Made by a program: the position numbers and the translations under genes. From assembly GCF_009914755.1 (NCBI RefSeq), contig NC_060930.1: DNA of 64,000 nt; one strand, 5' to 3'. The notes beneath the pieces were generated by a model that was not told the origin of the DNA, made no database searches, and saw nothing but the letters and a program-made list of their open reading frames with translations. Of the stretch, positions 47,068 to 59,503 are shown piece by piece (the first letter of the stretch is position 1; each line of letters begins with the position of its first letter). This stretch comes from the human T2T-CHM13v2.0 reference genome, Homo sapiens.

Positions 47068-49134
47068 CTGTACTCAAGAATTTACTGTTTATATCTTCCT
47101 TATGTTCATACAAAAAGATATAAAACCCAAAACTGATTACTGATTTTTAGCACATGATCCATAATGCTATCTTATAAAAAGGAGTAAAAATGTAATTAAT
47201 TTGAACTAAATTTGTTCAATAATAGCCCAACCACAATACATGTTAATTTATTATAATCTAGGAACCCGTAATTTATATACACTGAGGTAATTGCTACTGT
47301 TTCTCTAACCAAATCAATAAACCGTCCTCCACTGTTAGGCCTATGTCCTGGAAACTAATCAACTGGAGTTACGTGTTAGTCTGTTTCTTTCTATGTTTAT
47401 TTGAATATCTGGTGCATATAAAGATGACATGGTTACAAAGTTTCCCATTTGAGATATCAATAGCTAGAACTGTTTTTTTCTTTTATCTTACAGTCAAGCT
47501 TTGAGCATTATTTTCTAGGTTCTTTACAACTCTTGTATTAGTTAACAAATAAAAAGAATCCAGTAAAATGCCTGAGACATTGAAGGTGCTCAATAAATGT
47601 TATTTACCCAACTAACCTTACAAGCAATTTTAATTTACCTTAATGTTTTCTCAAATTTTCCCATTATTATCCTTGTCTTATTAAAAATATAAAAAATCAC
47701 AAGTGCCTTTATTTTCTTTTAAAATTTTTTAAATGCTTATTTTTCTTTGAAGTAATCTACAGAGAAAAATAACTTGCCAATTTGAATAACTCTGACAAAG
47801 ATCTTAAGCCCCATCTTTAGGAGCCAAACAACAGTGGCAGAAAGAGACATGAAGTAAACAATGACAAAAATACTACAATAAAATTATGCTCTGTGACCAG
47901 AAAGATCAATAAAGTTTTCTTATTTAGGAGGGTTAGCAGAGTGGTATTTATGTTATTTACAGGAAGACAAGGGGGGTAAAAAGAGATACCAGGAATATGC
48001 ACAAAGAATGTGACATATTCCAGAATATTTAAGCACCTGACCCAGATGGAGTTTAGAATGAATGGCAGGGGTAGATGGGATGAGGCTGGGTAGGCAGGCA
48101 CATGCTAGATCAGGGAAGTCTGTGTATTTGCCTTAAAGGAGCAGAAAAACATCAAAGGATTTAAAGGATACAAGCAATGTGATGAGATTTGGCTTTTTGA
48201 AACCTCACTGTAGTTGCGGCAGCATGGTGCTTTCATTTAATAAGGCCTCTCCAAAGAGAAAATGAGGGCAGTTTAAGAGCTATATAATTTACAGTAAGTC
48301 ATATGACAGCTATCACTAACAGTGTATCAATTTACTGCTTTTTACAATAGAGGAAGAGAGCAAGCCTTGGATTAGTACACTAATGAAAACTAACCTTTTC
48401 CCCCATAAATGTGAAGATTGCATAGAGAACAATTATGTCAGACTAATACAATTTATTTCTATGATGTCATCTATCTGGGCTTGAGTAAGGACTGATCCAG
48501 TTCCAGATGGAAATCAAAATAACAAGCTAGACTGATACAATCTAGAACACTCCACCACTGAGAGAAAGAACATGAAATTAGAGGAAGGGTTGATTATTTC
48601 TGTTTGGAAACAGAGGGTAGTGGGTGGGTGATCTGCCTATAGCTACTGTTGTTTAGTATCTTTATTCATCAATGTTTGAGTGCTTACCTATTAATTTTTC
48701 ATATGATAAAAACTTTGTTGAACTTGACTACTTGAAAAAGCAAACATCTTTACATTTTTAATGCATATTATATAGATGAAAGTAAAATGTAAACAAATGA
48801 AAAGCAATATATGAAGAAGAAAACAAACTCTAAGTAAAGAAAAATTGTATCAGAAAAGTTTAATGTGTTCCTGGGGCCATGAAGATCCTCAGGTATATAC
48901 ATGCGTTCATGAATTAAGTTATGCTGGTAGTTTAACATTCACGTATTTTGCTGCAATGTGCAAATAAAAGTATGTAAGAAATTTAAATGATTCCTCTTAA
49001 AGGAGCATTTCATCCTACTCAGGGAAACAAATTTATTTTGACCTCATATTTCAACAATAATACTGTCATAAACCCTTACACTTACTAAATTAATCCTCAT
49101 AATAACCCTATAATACAGGTACTACTGTATCTCA

Positions 49135-49671
<537 letters not shown>

Positions 49672-50284
49672 TCAAAATTTGATTTGATGTAATGCACAGT
49701 AACATGTCAAACATATCAGAAATATTGTTTAACAGTGACCTAGTAAGGATGATTTTGACCCAAGTTGTTATTTGAAGAGAAAACTGGAGACTATTTCTAG
49801 CAGCATATTCTTTATCCTCTGGAGACCTTTCACATGCCAACAACCTGACAGATGATGAAGAATGCATTATGACAAAACTGACCTAAAACTTTCAATAAGA
49901 TTCACAATGTCATTCTTATTTGCAATGCTTTTTAGGTACTACATTGCAATTTAGAAAACAATGACTCCAGGGAGAAGCATGGTCTACTATTTAGTGCATT
50001 GTGTAACATTAAGATCTACTGAAATTTGCTGGTTCTTTGAAATAAAATGAATCTTTAGTGCTTGACATTATCCTGCATCATAAATTCCTAAGGAATGGAA
50101 TGAGCTTTGACTGCCTTACCTTGAGAATAAGCATATTCACGTAAAGTATATAAGACAAATACTGGTTTAGATGAAGCTCGGCCAGTACTCCCGGCCTCCG
50201 CCATTTCGGACTGGGAGCTCCGTGGCGCAGGCACTGAAGGCGGCGGCAGGGCCAGAGGCTCAGCGGCTCCCAGACCTGCTGAAA

Positions 50285-50829
50285 ATGACTGAATATAAAC
50301 TTGGCGGTAGTTGGAGCTGGTAGCGTAAGCAAAAGTGTCTTGACGATACAGCTAATTCAGAATCATTTTGTGGACCAATATGATCCAACAATAGAGAATT
50401 CCTACAGGAAGCAAGTAGTAATTGATGGAGAAACCTGTCTCTTGGATATTCTTGACACAACAGGTCAAGAAGAGTACAATGCAATGAGGACCAGTACATG
50501 AGGACTGGGGCGGGGGGGGCTTTCTTTGTGTATTTGCCATAAATAATATTAAATCATTTGAAGATATGCACAATTATAGAAAACAAATTAAAAGATTTAA
50601 GGACTCTGAAGATGTGCCTATGGTCCTAGTAGGAAATAAATGTGATTTGCCTTCTAGAACAGTAGACACAAAAGGCTCAGGACTTAGCAAGGAGTTAGGG
50701 AATTCCCTTTATTGAAACCAGCAAAGACAGGGTGTTAATGATGCCTTCTATACATTAGTTTGAGAAATAAAAGATGAGCAAAGATGGTAAGAAGAAGAAA
50801 AGTCAATGACAAAGTGTGTAATTATGTAA
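50285..50829 (+). pseudogene. KRASP1: Disrupted KRAS4B coding remnant
   Basis: A +1 insertion at codon 7 gives [12 protein letters not shown] (TAG at 50321-50323). Further indels occur near codon 69, in a G-run expansion at 50507-50519, around codons 144-150 and in the hypervariable region. ORF 50301..50501 is the shifted Ras N-terminal frame. Confidence 0.95.
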
Positions 50830-53093
50830 ATACAATTAGTACTTTTTTCTTAAGGCATACTTAAGTAAAACTGGTAATTTTTATACATTACACTAAACTA
50901 TTAGCATTGTTTTAGCATTACCTAATTTTTTTCCTGCTCCATGCAAACTGTTAGCTTTTACCTTAAATGCTTATTTTAAAATGACAGTGCAAACTTTTTT
51001 CCCCTAAGTGCCAGTATTACCAGAGTTTTGGTTTTCAAACTAGCAATGCCTGTGAAAAAGAAACTGAATACCTTTGATTTCTGTCTTGGGGTTTTTGGTG
51101 CATGCAGTTGATTACTTCTTATTTTTCTTACCAGTTGTGAACATCGGTGAGAAACAAATTAATGAAGCTTGTGAATCATCCCTATTCTGTGTTTTATCTA
51201 GTCACATAAATGGATTAATTACTAATTATAATTTCAGTTGAGGCTTTATAATTGGTTTTACTGAAACATTGAGGGAACACAAATTTATGGGATTTCTGAT
51301 GATTCTTCTTCTAGGCATCATGTCCTGTAGTTTGTCATCCCCGGTGAATGTAAAGTTACACTGTTCACAAAGGTTTTGCCCCACTTTCCACTGCTACTAG
51401 TCACGGTCACTCTCTCAAAAACATTATATTTTTTCTATAAAAAAATGGAAAAAGATTACAAGGCAATGGAAACTATTATAAGGCCATTTCCTTTTCACAT
51501 TAGATAAATTATTATAAGAACTCCTAATAGTTTTTTCGGTTAAGGGAGACCCAGTATGAAATGGGAATTATAGCAACCATTTTCGGGCTATATTTACATG
51601 GTACTAAATTTTTATAATAATTGAAAGAATTTTAACAGGTATAAAGCATTCTCACAGGAATTAAATGTAGTCTCCCTGTGTCAGATTTCTCTTTCGTAGT
51701 ATAACTTTAAATCTTTTATTCAACTTCAGTCTTTGAAGATAGTTTTAATTCTGCTTGTGTTATTAAAGATTATTTGGGCCAGTCATAGCTTAGTAAGTGT
51801 TGAAGAGACCAAGTTTGCAAGGCCAGGCCCTGTGTGAACCTTTGAGCTTTCATAGAGAGTTTCACAGCATGGACTGTGTCCCCATGGTCATCCAGCGTTG
51901 TCATGCATTGGTTGGTCAAAATGGGGAGGGATTAGGACAGTTTGGAAAGCTCAACAAATACATTCTCACTCTGTGGCGGTCCTGCTGACAAATCAAGAGC
52001 ATCGCTTTTGTTTTTAAGAAAACAAAATCTTTTTTAAAAATTACTTTTAAATATTAACTCAAAAGTTGAGATTTTGGGGTGGTGGTGTGCAAAGACATTA
52101 ATTTTTTTAAACAATGAAGTGAAAAAGCTTTAAAATCTCTAGGTTTGGCTAGTTCTCTTAACACGGGTTAAATTAACATTTCATAAACACTTTTCAAGTC
52201 TGATGCATATTTAAGATTAATGCTTTAAAAATAAATATTAATAAAATAATCCTATTAATACACTTAAAATGTTACTTATTTTAAAATATATGAAGTGAGA
52301 TGGTGTGGTGAGGTGAAAATATCACTGGACTAGAAGGAAGGTGACTTAGGTTCTAGATATGTGTCTTTTAGGACTCTGATTTTGAGGAAATCACTTACTA
52401 TCCATTTCTTCATGTTAAAAGAAGTCATCTCAAACTCATTGCTTTTTTACAACTATATAATTTATATTCCGTTTACATAGGATACACTTATTTGTCAAGC
52501 TCAGCACAATCTGTAACTTTTTAACCTATGTTACCATCTTCAGTGACAGTGACAATCTTGGGCAAAATTGTGCAAGAGGTAAAGTTTATATTTGAATATC
52601 CATTCTCGTTTTAGGACTCTCCTTCTGTATTAGTGTCATCTTGCCTGCCTGCCTTCCACATGCCCCATGATTTGATGTAATTTTAATACTTCTAATTCCC
52701 CTAACCATAAGATTTACTGCTGCTGTGGATATCTCCATGAAGGTTTCCCATTAAGTCACATCAAAATCCCTTACATCTTATTTCCTCAGGTCTCAAAAGA
52801 ATCTGACAGATATCATAATGGGATTTGACCTAATAGCTAATTTTCAGGTGGTGGCTGATTCTTTGAACACCTCTTTGCTGCCCAATTCATTAGTGATAGT
52901 AGGAATTTTCAAACCTGGTATGAACAGACAGAACCCTATCCAGTGGAAGGAGATTTTAATAACGATACTGCTGAAAGAATTTCTTAGGTAATCTACAATT
53001 AGGACTACCCCTGGTAACAGTAATACATTCCAATGTTTTAATAACCAGAAATCTTCTTACAATGAAAAATACTTTAATTCATAAAGCTTACTG

Positions 53094-53368
53094 GTTTTGT
53101 TTGTTTGTTTGTTTTTAGGCGGGGTCAGAGTCTCACTCTGTCACCCAGGCTGGAATGCAGTGGCGCCATCTTGTCTTACTGTCTCACTGTAACCTCCATC
53201 TCCCAGGTTCAAGCGATTCTCATGCCTCAGCCTCCCGAGTAGCTGGGATTACAGGCGTGTGCCACCATGCTCAGCTAATTTTTGTATTTTTAGTAGAGAC
53301 AGGGTTTCACCCTATTGGCCAGGCTGGTCTCAAATTCCTGACCTCAAGTGATTCGCCCGCCTCGGCCC
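53094..53368 (-). mobile_element. 5'-truncated AluS carried inside the KRAS-derived 3' UTR
   Basis: Antisense Alu lacking its first ~35-40 nt, flanked by a perfect 14-bp TSD cataaagcttactg (53080-53093 and 53369-53382). Confidence 0.92.
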
Positions 53369-55384
53369 CATAAAGCTTACTGTTTTGCAGAACTCATTTA
53401 CTCAGTAAATATATACTGAGTGCCTACCAGATGCCAGTCACTGCCTAAGGCACTGGGTATATGGTATCCCCAAACAAGAGGCATAATCCCAGTCCTTAGG
53501 TAGTGCTAGCATGGTCTGTAATATCTTAGTAAGGCCTTCGGCATATGACCCAGAGATAACACAACGTGTATTTTAGTTTTGCAAAGAAGGGGTTTGGTCT
53601 CTAAGGTTTCTTCCAGTTCTATAATTGTTTTGCTGTGATTCCAGTGCAACTCTTTGATCTAGCTACTTTATGTAAATCACTTCATTATTTTAAAGGAATA
53701 AACTTGATTATATTGTGTTTTATTTGGCATAACTATATGATTCTGTTGGGCCAATTACTGTACACATTAAGGTATATGTCAGATACTCACAAAATTCCCA
53801 AATGTGTAGTATTCCAGTTTTCTCTGCATAAGTAATTAAAATAGACTTAAAAATTAAATATTTACTTCTAAAATAGTTTTATCTGGATACAAATAAACAG
53901 GCGCCTGAACTAGTTCATAGACAATGAAACTTCTATGTAAAAATCAGTATGATTTCTGAAATACTATGCTAAACTACAGATCTGTGGAACATTGTTTAGG
54001 TAGGGTGTTATACAGTACCTCTTGTTTCTACACAGAGAAAGAAATGGTTATACTTCAGGAACTGCAGAGCTTATGAGGGGATATTTAGGCCTCTTGAATT
54101 TTTTATGTAGATGGACATTTTTTAAGGTAATGATAATTACCTTTTATTATGTGAACTTTGAATGGTTTAACAAAAGGTTTGTTATTGTAGCGATTTTTAA
54201 AGTGGGAGAATTCTAGAAAGAAATGTTATCTAATTATTACAGCCTTAAAGATAAAAATCCTTGTTGAAGTTTTTCCAAAAAGTGCTAAATTACATAGTCT
54301 TAGGCATTAACATGTTTGTGGAAGAATAGAGCAGACATATATTGTATGATTTGAGTGAATATTTCCACTTAGGCATTCTAGGCTCTATTTTAACTGAGTC
54401 ACACTGCCTAGGAATTTAGAACCTAACTTTTATAGGTTATCAAAACTGTTGCCACCATTGCATAATTTTGTCCTAATATATATATGGAAACTTTGTGGGG
54501 CATGTTAAGTTACAGTTTGCACAAGTTCATCTCATTTGTATTCCAGTGATTTTTTTTTTAATCCAACCATTATTTCTTCAGTGTATATACATTTAGGGGA
54601 TATTTCTTTAGACACAAAAACTATCTGAAGATTTCCATTTGTTAAAAAGTCATGATATCTTGATAATTATGTAGTAATTTTTTTTAGAACAAAGCAGTTA
54701 CTTTAAGGCTGAATTTATATTTAATAACTTCTGTGTTAATACTGGATAGCATGAATTCTGCGTTGAGCAATTGAACAGCATACTACTGATAGCTGTCTGT
54801 CAAAAATGAAAATTTCTTTCTAAAGATACTCACATGAGTTCTTGAAGAATAGTCATAACTAGACTAAGATTTGTGTTTTAGTTTAATAGTTTGAAGTGCC
54901 TGTTTGGGATAATGATAGGTAATTTAGATGAATTTAGGGGGAAAAAAGTTATCTGCAGAAATGTTGAGGGCTCATCCCCACCCAGCAAATAGAGCTAACT
55001 GGGTTACAATGTTTTATCCGAAAGTTTCCAATTCCACTGTCCTGTGTTTTCACGTTGAAAATACTTTTGCATTTTTTCTTTGAGTGCCAATTTCTTACTA
55101 GTACTATTTCTTAATGTAACATATTTACCTGGAATGTATTTTGTGTAAACTGAAACATGCACATTTTGTACATTGTGCTTTCTTTTGTGGGACATATGCA
55201 GTGTGATCCAGTTGTTTTCCATCATTTGGTTGCGCTGACCTAGGAATGCTGGTCATATCAAACATTAAAAATTACCACTCTTTTAATTGAAATTAACTTT
55301 TAAATGTTTATAGGAGTATGTGCTGTGATCTGAAATTTGTAATATTTTTGTCATGAACTGTATAGCTCCTAATTATTACAATGT

Positions 55385-55390
55385 AATAAA
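55385..55390 (+). promoter_or_regulatory. Retrocopied distal KRAS polyadenylation signal (AATAAA)
   Basis: AATAAA lies 12 nt upstream of the residual A tract. Confidence 0.85.
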
Positions 55391-55410
55391 AATAGTTACA
55401 GTAAAAAAAA

Positions 55411-55530
55411 TTGAGAATTCTGATTCAGTAGTTCTGGGATGTGGCCAAAGTTTCTGCATTTCTCACATTCTTCCAAGTGATAATGATGATACTGCTGCAA
55501 GGGGTCCAAGCTACACATGTTGAGGAGCAA
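55411..55530. mobile_element. MER5-like (hAT-Charlie) fragment, one half only
   Basis: gaattctgattcagtagttctgggatgtggcc...ctgcatttctcaca resembles the MER5A core. Confidence 0.65.
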
Positions 55531-55577
55531 AACTATATAGATACTCATGTGACGTATCAAAGACAACACCATGTCCA

Positions 55578-55587
55578 ACACACATGC

Positions 55588-55629
<42 letters not shown>
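55578..55629. repeat. (CA)n microsatellite
   Basis: An imperfect CA run followed by a pure one. Confidence 0.95.
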
Positions 55630-55631
<2 letters not shown>

Positions 55632-56106
55632 ATTTATTCCTGAGGAATTATTACCTGCATGAAGTACATAATTCATTTGTTCTTGTAACTTTACACAGAT
55701 TATTTTCTTTTTTCCTCTGGTATAATAATCTTTCTCTTTCTTATCAACTAATACATTCCTGGCCACAGCACACTTTATGCAAGTTCTTTTAAATAATAAA
55801 CACTGAATCATAATTCTCTGAGACAGGAATTGGGTTTTTATTGTTATCCACATTACTGAGATATTTTTGTTTAATGAATATGAGTTGCTGCCCACAGGGG
55901 TCTTCCAATCCAGTTGGAGAGACAAAAATAATTGTCTTAATATACTATGAAGATTAGGAACAGAAACATAGAAACTCTTAAAATTGTGTTCCTAAGATAA
56001 TAGTTTTACAAATATGGAATTTAATGGTTTCAAGTTCATAGACCTGTGTTAAAAACCCCAATGTCTTATCAAGAGAAAGGAGAAAGAAATGGAGGACAGT
56101 ATGCTC

Positions 56107-56701
56107 TGTTAATGAAAAAAGCCGAACTCTGTAAAATATTGAAAGAGGCTTAGTCTGAGCCAAATATGAGTGACCATGGCCTGGAATAGAGTCTAAAGCT
56201 GTCTTGAGAACATATGCCCAAGTCAATCTGGTTAAACTTGGTTTTATACATTTTAGGGAGACAGAGATTACAAGCCAAGACATACGTTAATACATGTAAG
56301 GTATATATTGGTTTGGCCCAGAAAGGCAGGACATCTCAAAACCAGGGACTTACAGGTCATAAATGGATTCAAAAATTTTCTCATTAGCAATTGGTTGAAA
56401 GGATTAAGCTTAGGCCAGGTGCGATGGCTCATGCCTGTAATCCCAGCACTTTGGGAGGCTGAGACGGGCGGATCACCTGAGGTTAGGAGTTCAAGACCAG
56501 TCTGGCCAACATGGTGAAACCCTATCTCTACTAAAAAAAAGAAATTACAAAAAATTAGCCAGGCAAGGGGGTGGGCACCTGTAATCTCAGCTACTTGGGA
56601 GGCTGAGGCAAGAGAATCGCTTGAACCCAGGGGTCAGAGTTTAGAGTCAGCCAAGATCATGCCACTGCACTCCAGCTTGGGCAACAGAGCACTCCTTCTC
56701 A

Positions 56702-56732
<31 letters not shown>

Positions 56733-57327
56733 TTAAGCTTTGCCTAAAGAGTTGAATCAGCAGAAAGAAATGCTTGAATTAAGATAAGGAGGGTTATGGA
56801 AGCCAATGTTCTTGTTATGTAAATGAAGCCTCTAAGTAGCAAGCTTCAGAGACAATAGATCATAAATGTCTCTTTCAGGGCATTAAAAGGTGTCAAAGTC
56901 TTAGTTAAATGTCTCCTGAATCTGGAAAAGACCTGGAAAGGGAAGGAGACTCTCTACAGGATGCAAATTTTCCCCACAAGAGACAACTTTGCAAGTCTAT
57001 TTCAAAATATGTCAAAGAAATATATTTTAGGGTAGAACACTTCGATTTTCTTCAGGGTCTTCTCCCTGTCATGTGATGCTATACCAGAGACAGGTTGGAA
57101 TTTGACACTTTATTGTTACAAAGAGTGTTTTGTCAATCTTATGATCCCTATTTTAATGTTAATGCTGATTAGTTAAACTGGGGGTATATGTTAGAGAAGG
57201 GGTATAATGGAGCATGTCCAACCCTCTTCCTGTCATGAACTGAACTAGGTCTTCAGGTTCCCTTAGCCAAAGATTGGGAGTCCTTTCGGTTGGTTAGGGG
57301 ACTTAGAATTTTAGTTTTGATTTATAT
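56107..57327 (-). mobile_element. MER4-group ERV1 solo LTR interrupted by an Alu
   Basis: The right end reads t.taaatcaaaactaaaattctaagtccc on the minus strand (MER4 start). The left end reads ctctgtaaaatattgaaagagg...ctgagccaaatatgagtgacc. Confidence 0.82.
56413..56728 (+). mobile_element. AluS inside the MER4 LTR
   Basis: Full dimer, with attaagctt on both sides. Confidence 0.95.
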
Positions 57328-57830
57328 GTCCAAATATAATAGATTCTCATGGGAGTCAGAATGATAGTGGTGAAAGGGCAGAACTCCACTTGTTTACCGT
57401 AAAAGAGAGGAGAGAGAGAATAGACAATACATGAAAGACAACAATAGACATTATCCATGGTCCATCTTTTTGTGTAGGGTAAGCAATGAAGAATATATGG
57501 AAATTAGCATGACCAAAATGAAGGTGCAGTGCTGGAATTATCAGCGGGAAAGTGGATAGGCCTGAAAATGAAGAAGCCTGAATGCAATGTTTAGTCACTG
57601 GGCATGAGAGGGCAGCGAGCAGGACATTAATGTTTCTGAGTAAGACAAGTGCCATAACGAAATGTATTTAAGAATTTGTATTTTAAAAAACAAAATTTAA
57701 ATAGAATATTGTGTTAATCAGATTTAAATACAGCATGATCTGCTCACAAAATTATTCCTTCAACATGTGTCATAAAATATTTGAAAAAGAAAATATTCTA
57801 TGTGACATTTTGATTTACCTTTCCTATTAT

Positions 57831-58704
57831 TGTAACCACAGGACCAACCTATAGTGGGCCTACTCTGTTGATAAGATAATGTCAGGTTACCTTGTAGGTA
57901 TAACAGAGCCTAAACTGGAAGTTATGTAGCCCCACCACATGTAATAGAAAAAGATTTGACCTCTAACAACACCCGGAACCAAGGATTCCTCCCCACAGAA
58001 CCAAAAAGGCTGGGACATGATAAATACTGGAATCCTTTCAAAGGTGAGGGATCTTTTGACCCAGAAGATTCAGAATGTATTAGTCCATTCTTACATTGCT
58101 ATAAAGAACTACCTGATACTGGATAATTTATTTTAAAAAGAGGTTTGATTGACTTGTGGTTCTACAGGCTGTACAGGAAGCATGGCAGGAGAGACCTCAG
58201 GAAACTCACAATCATGGTGGAAAGTGAAGAGGAAGGTGTCACGTCTTACATGGCTGGAGCAGGAGGAAGAGAGAGAAGCGGGTGGTACTACAAACTAAAC
58301 AACCAGATCTCATGAGAACTCACTCACTATCATGAGAACAGCAAAGGGGACGTTTACCCCATGATCAAATCACCTCCCACTGGACCCCTCCTCCAACATT
58401 GAGGATCACATGAGATTTGGCAGGGACACAAATTCAAACCATATAACATGGCTGAAATCCACCTCAGCATACCTTATTCAAATGGTCAAATCAGACCCTG
58501 ACAAGCCAACATTCCCAAATTCTTCCCCTTGCCCTCTGACCCTTTAAAACTTACCCAGACCCCAAATTGGGTAGACAGATTTGAGCTGCATCTCTTGTCT
58601 CCTTGCTGGCTGGCCTTACAATAAAGCCTTTCTTTTCTCAAAAGCCAGTGCCATTGTATTGGCTTCTATGCTTGTCAGGCAGTGAGCACATTTGCTTGGT
58701 AAGA
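57831..58704 (+). mobile_element. ERV1-type solo LTR (family not identified) interrupted by an MST LTR
   Basis: Termini tgtaacc...ggtaaga, a 4-bp TSD ttat (57827-57830, 58705-58708) and AATAAA at ~58620. Confidence 0.7.
58076..58448 (-). mobile_element. MST (MaLR) solo LTR nested in the ERV1 LTR
   Basis: tgtattagtccattcttacattgctataaagaactacc...caaaccatataaca. Confidence 0.9.
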
Positions 58705-59199
58705 TTATATTAAATGACCTAGCCACAGTTATCCAAATTCATGATTTAAAAAGAAACAAAATTAGATCTTTATTATTTTTTTCAAGTGTAGAACTAGTTT
58801 TTAATTTCAAAATGCTTCAGGGAAGGGTGTGAATGTTAGTGCTTTTAGGATATTAAAGCACGTCTAGACTCAGTACTTGAGTCCGTTTTATAAAAATATA
58901 TACAAAATAAGAAGTGGTTTTACTAGAAGACAATAAAACAGTTTCAGGATGATTTACAATTACTCATTCCCATTCCTGGTATATTTAACACAGAATAGGG
59001 ATATGGTGTTATTTCCATTGGGTAAAAATATAATAGTGTGAAATAAATATCCACAATCAGAACAATCTATGTTCGTTGTAGTATTCTTATTTTGTGTCTT
59101 CAAAAAAGTTTGTAGAATACATTTGACAGTCACACTGAAACAAGAAGACATCTAAGATGTCAGATAAGGAAAAACAAAACTAGAAAATGGTTGAATCTT

Positions 59200-59503
59200 G
59201 GCTGAGCATGGTGGCTCATGCTTGTAATTTCAGCACCTCGGGAGGCAGAGGCAGGGGTATCGTTTGAGGCCAGGAGTTCAAGACCAGCCTGGCCAACATG
59301 GCAAAATCCTGTCTCTACTAAAAATTAGTCAGGCATGGTGGCATGTGCCTGTAATCAAAGCTACTCAGGAGGCTGAGGTATGAGAATCGCTTGAACCTGG
59401 GAGGCCAAGGTTACAATTAGCTGCAATGGCGCCACTGCATTCCAGTCTGGGGGACACAGCAACGCTCTGCCTCAAAAATAAATAAATAAATAAACAAACA
59501 AAC
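59200..59503 (+). mobile_element. Alu (old S/J)
   Basis: Dimer with a (TAAA)n(CAAA)n tail and a 23-bp flanking repeat. Confidence 0.93.

Larger units (their letters stand above)
50176..55410 (+). pseudogene. KRASP1: KRAS processed pseudogene (KRAS4B-type mRNA copy: partial 5' UTR, disrupted CDS, full ~4.6 kb 3' UTR, poly(A) remnant)
   Basis: KRAS 5' UTR (gctcggccagtactcccgg...) begins at 50176 and ATGACTGAATATAAACTT at 50285. The Ras-like sequence is intronless, includes the 4B junction (..CAG GGTGTT..) and ends in CVIM-stop (tgtgtaattatgtaa, 50815-50829). KRAS-like 3' UTR runs to AATAAA (55385-55390) and A8 (55403-55410). Confidence 0.97.

Noticed and set aside
50301-50501. 66-aa Ras-like ORF
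   Set aside because: It starts at TTG, is out of frame with the real ATG (50285), has P-loop changes, and frameshifts and stops after about codon 68. It is pseudogene debris.
50507-50519. G-run expansion in the KRASP1 CDS as a possible G-quadruplex
   Set aside because: It has too few separate G-tracts and is best explained by slippage after an interrupting base mutated.
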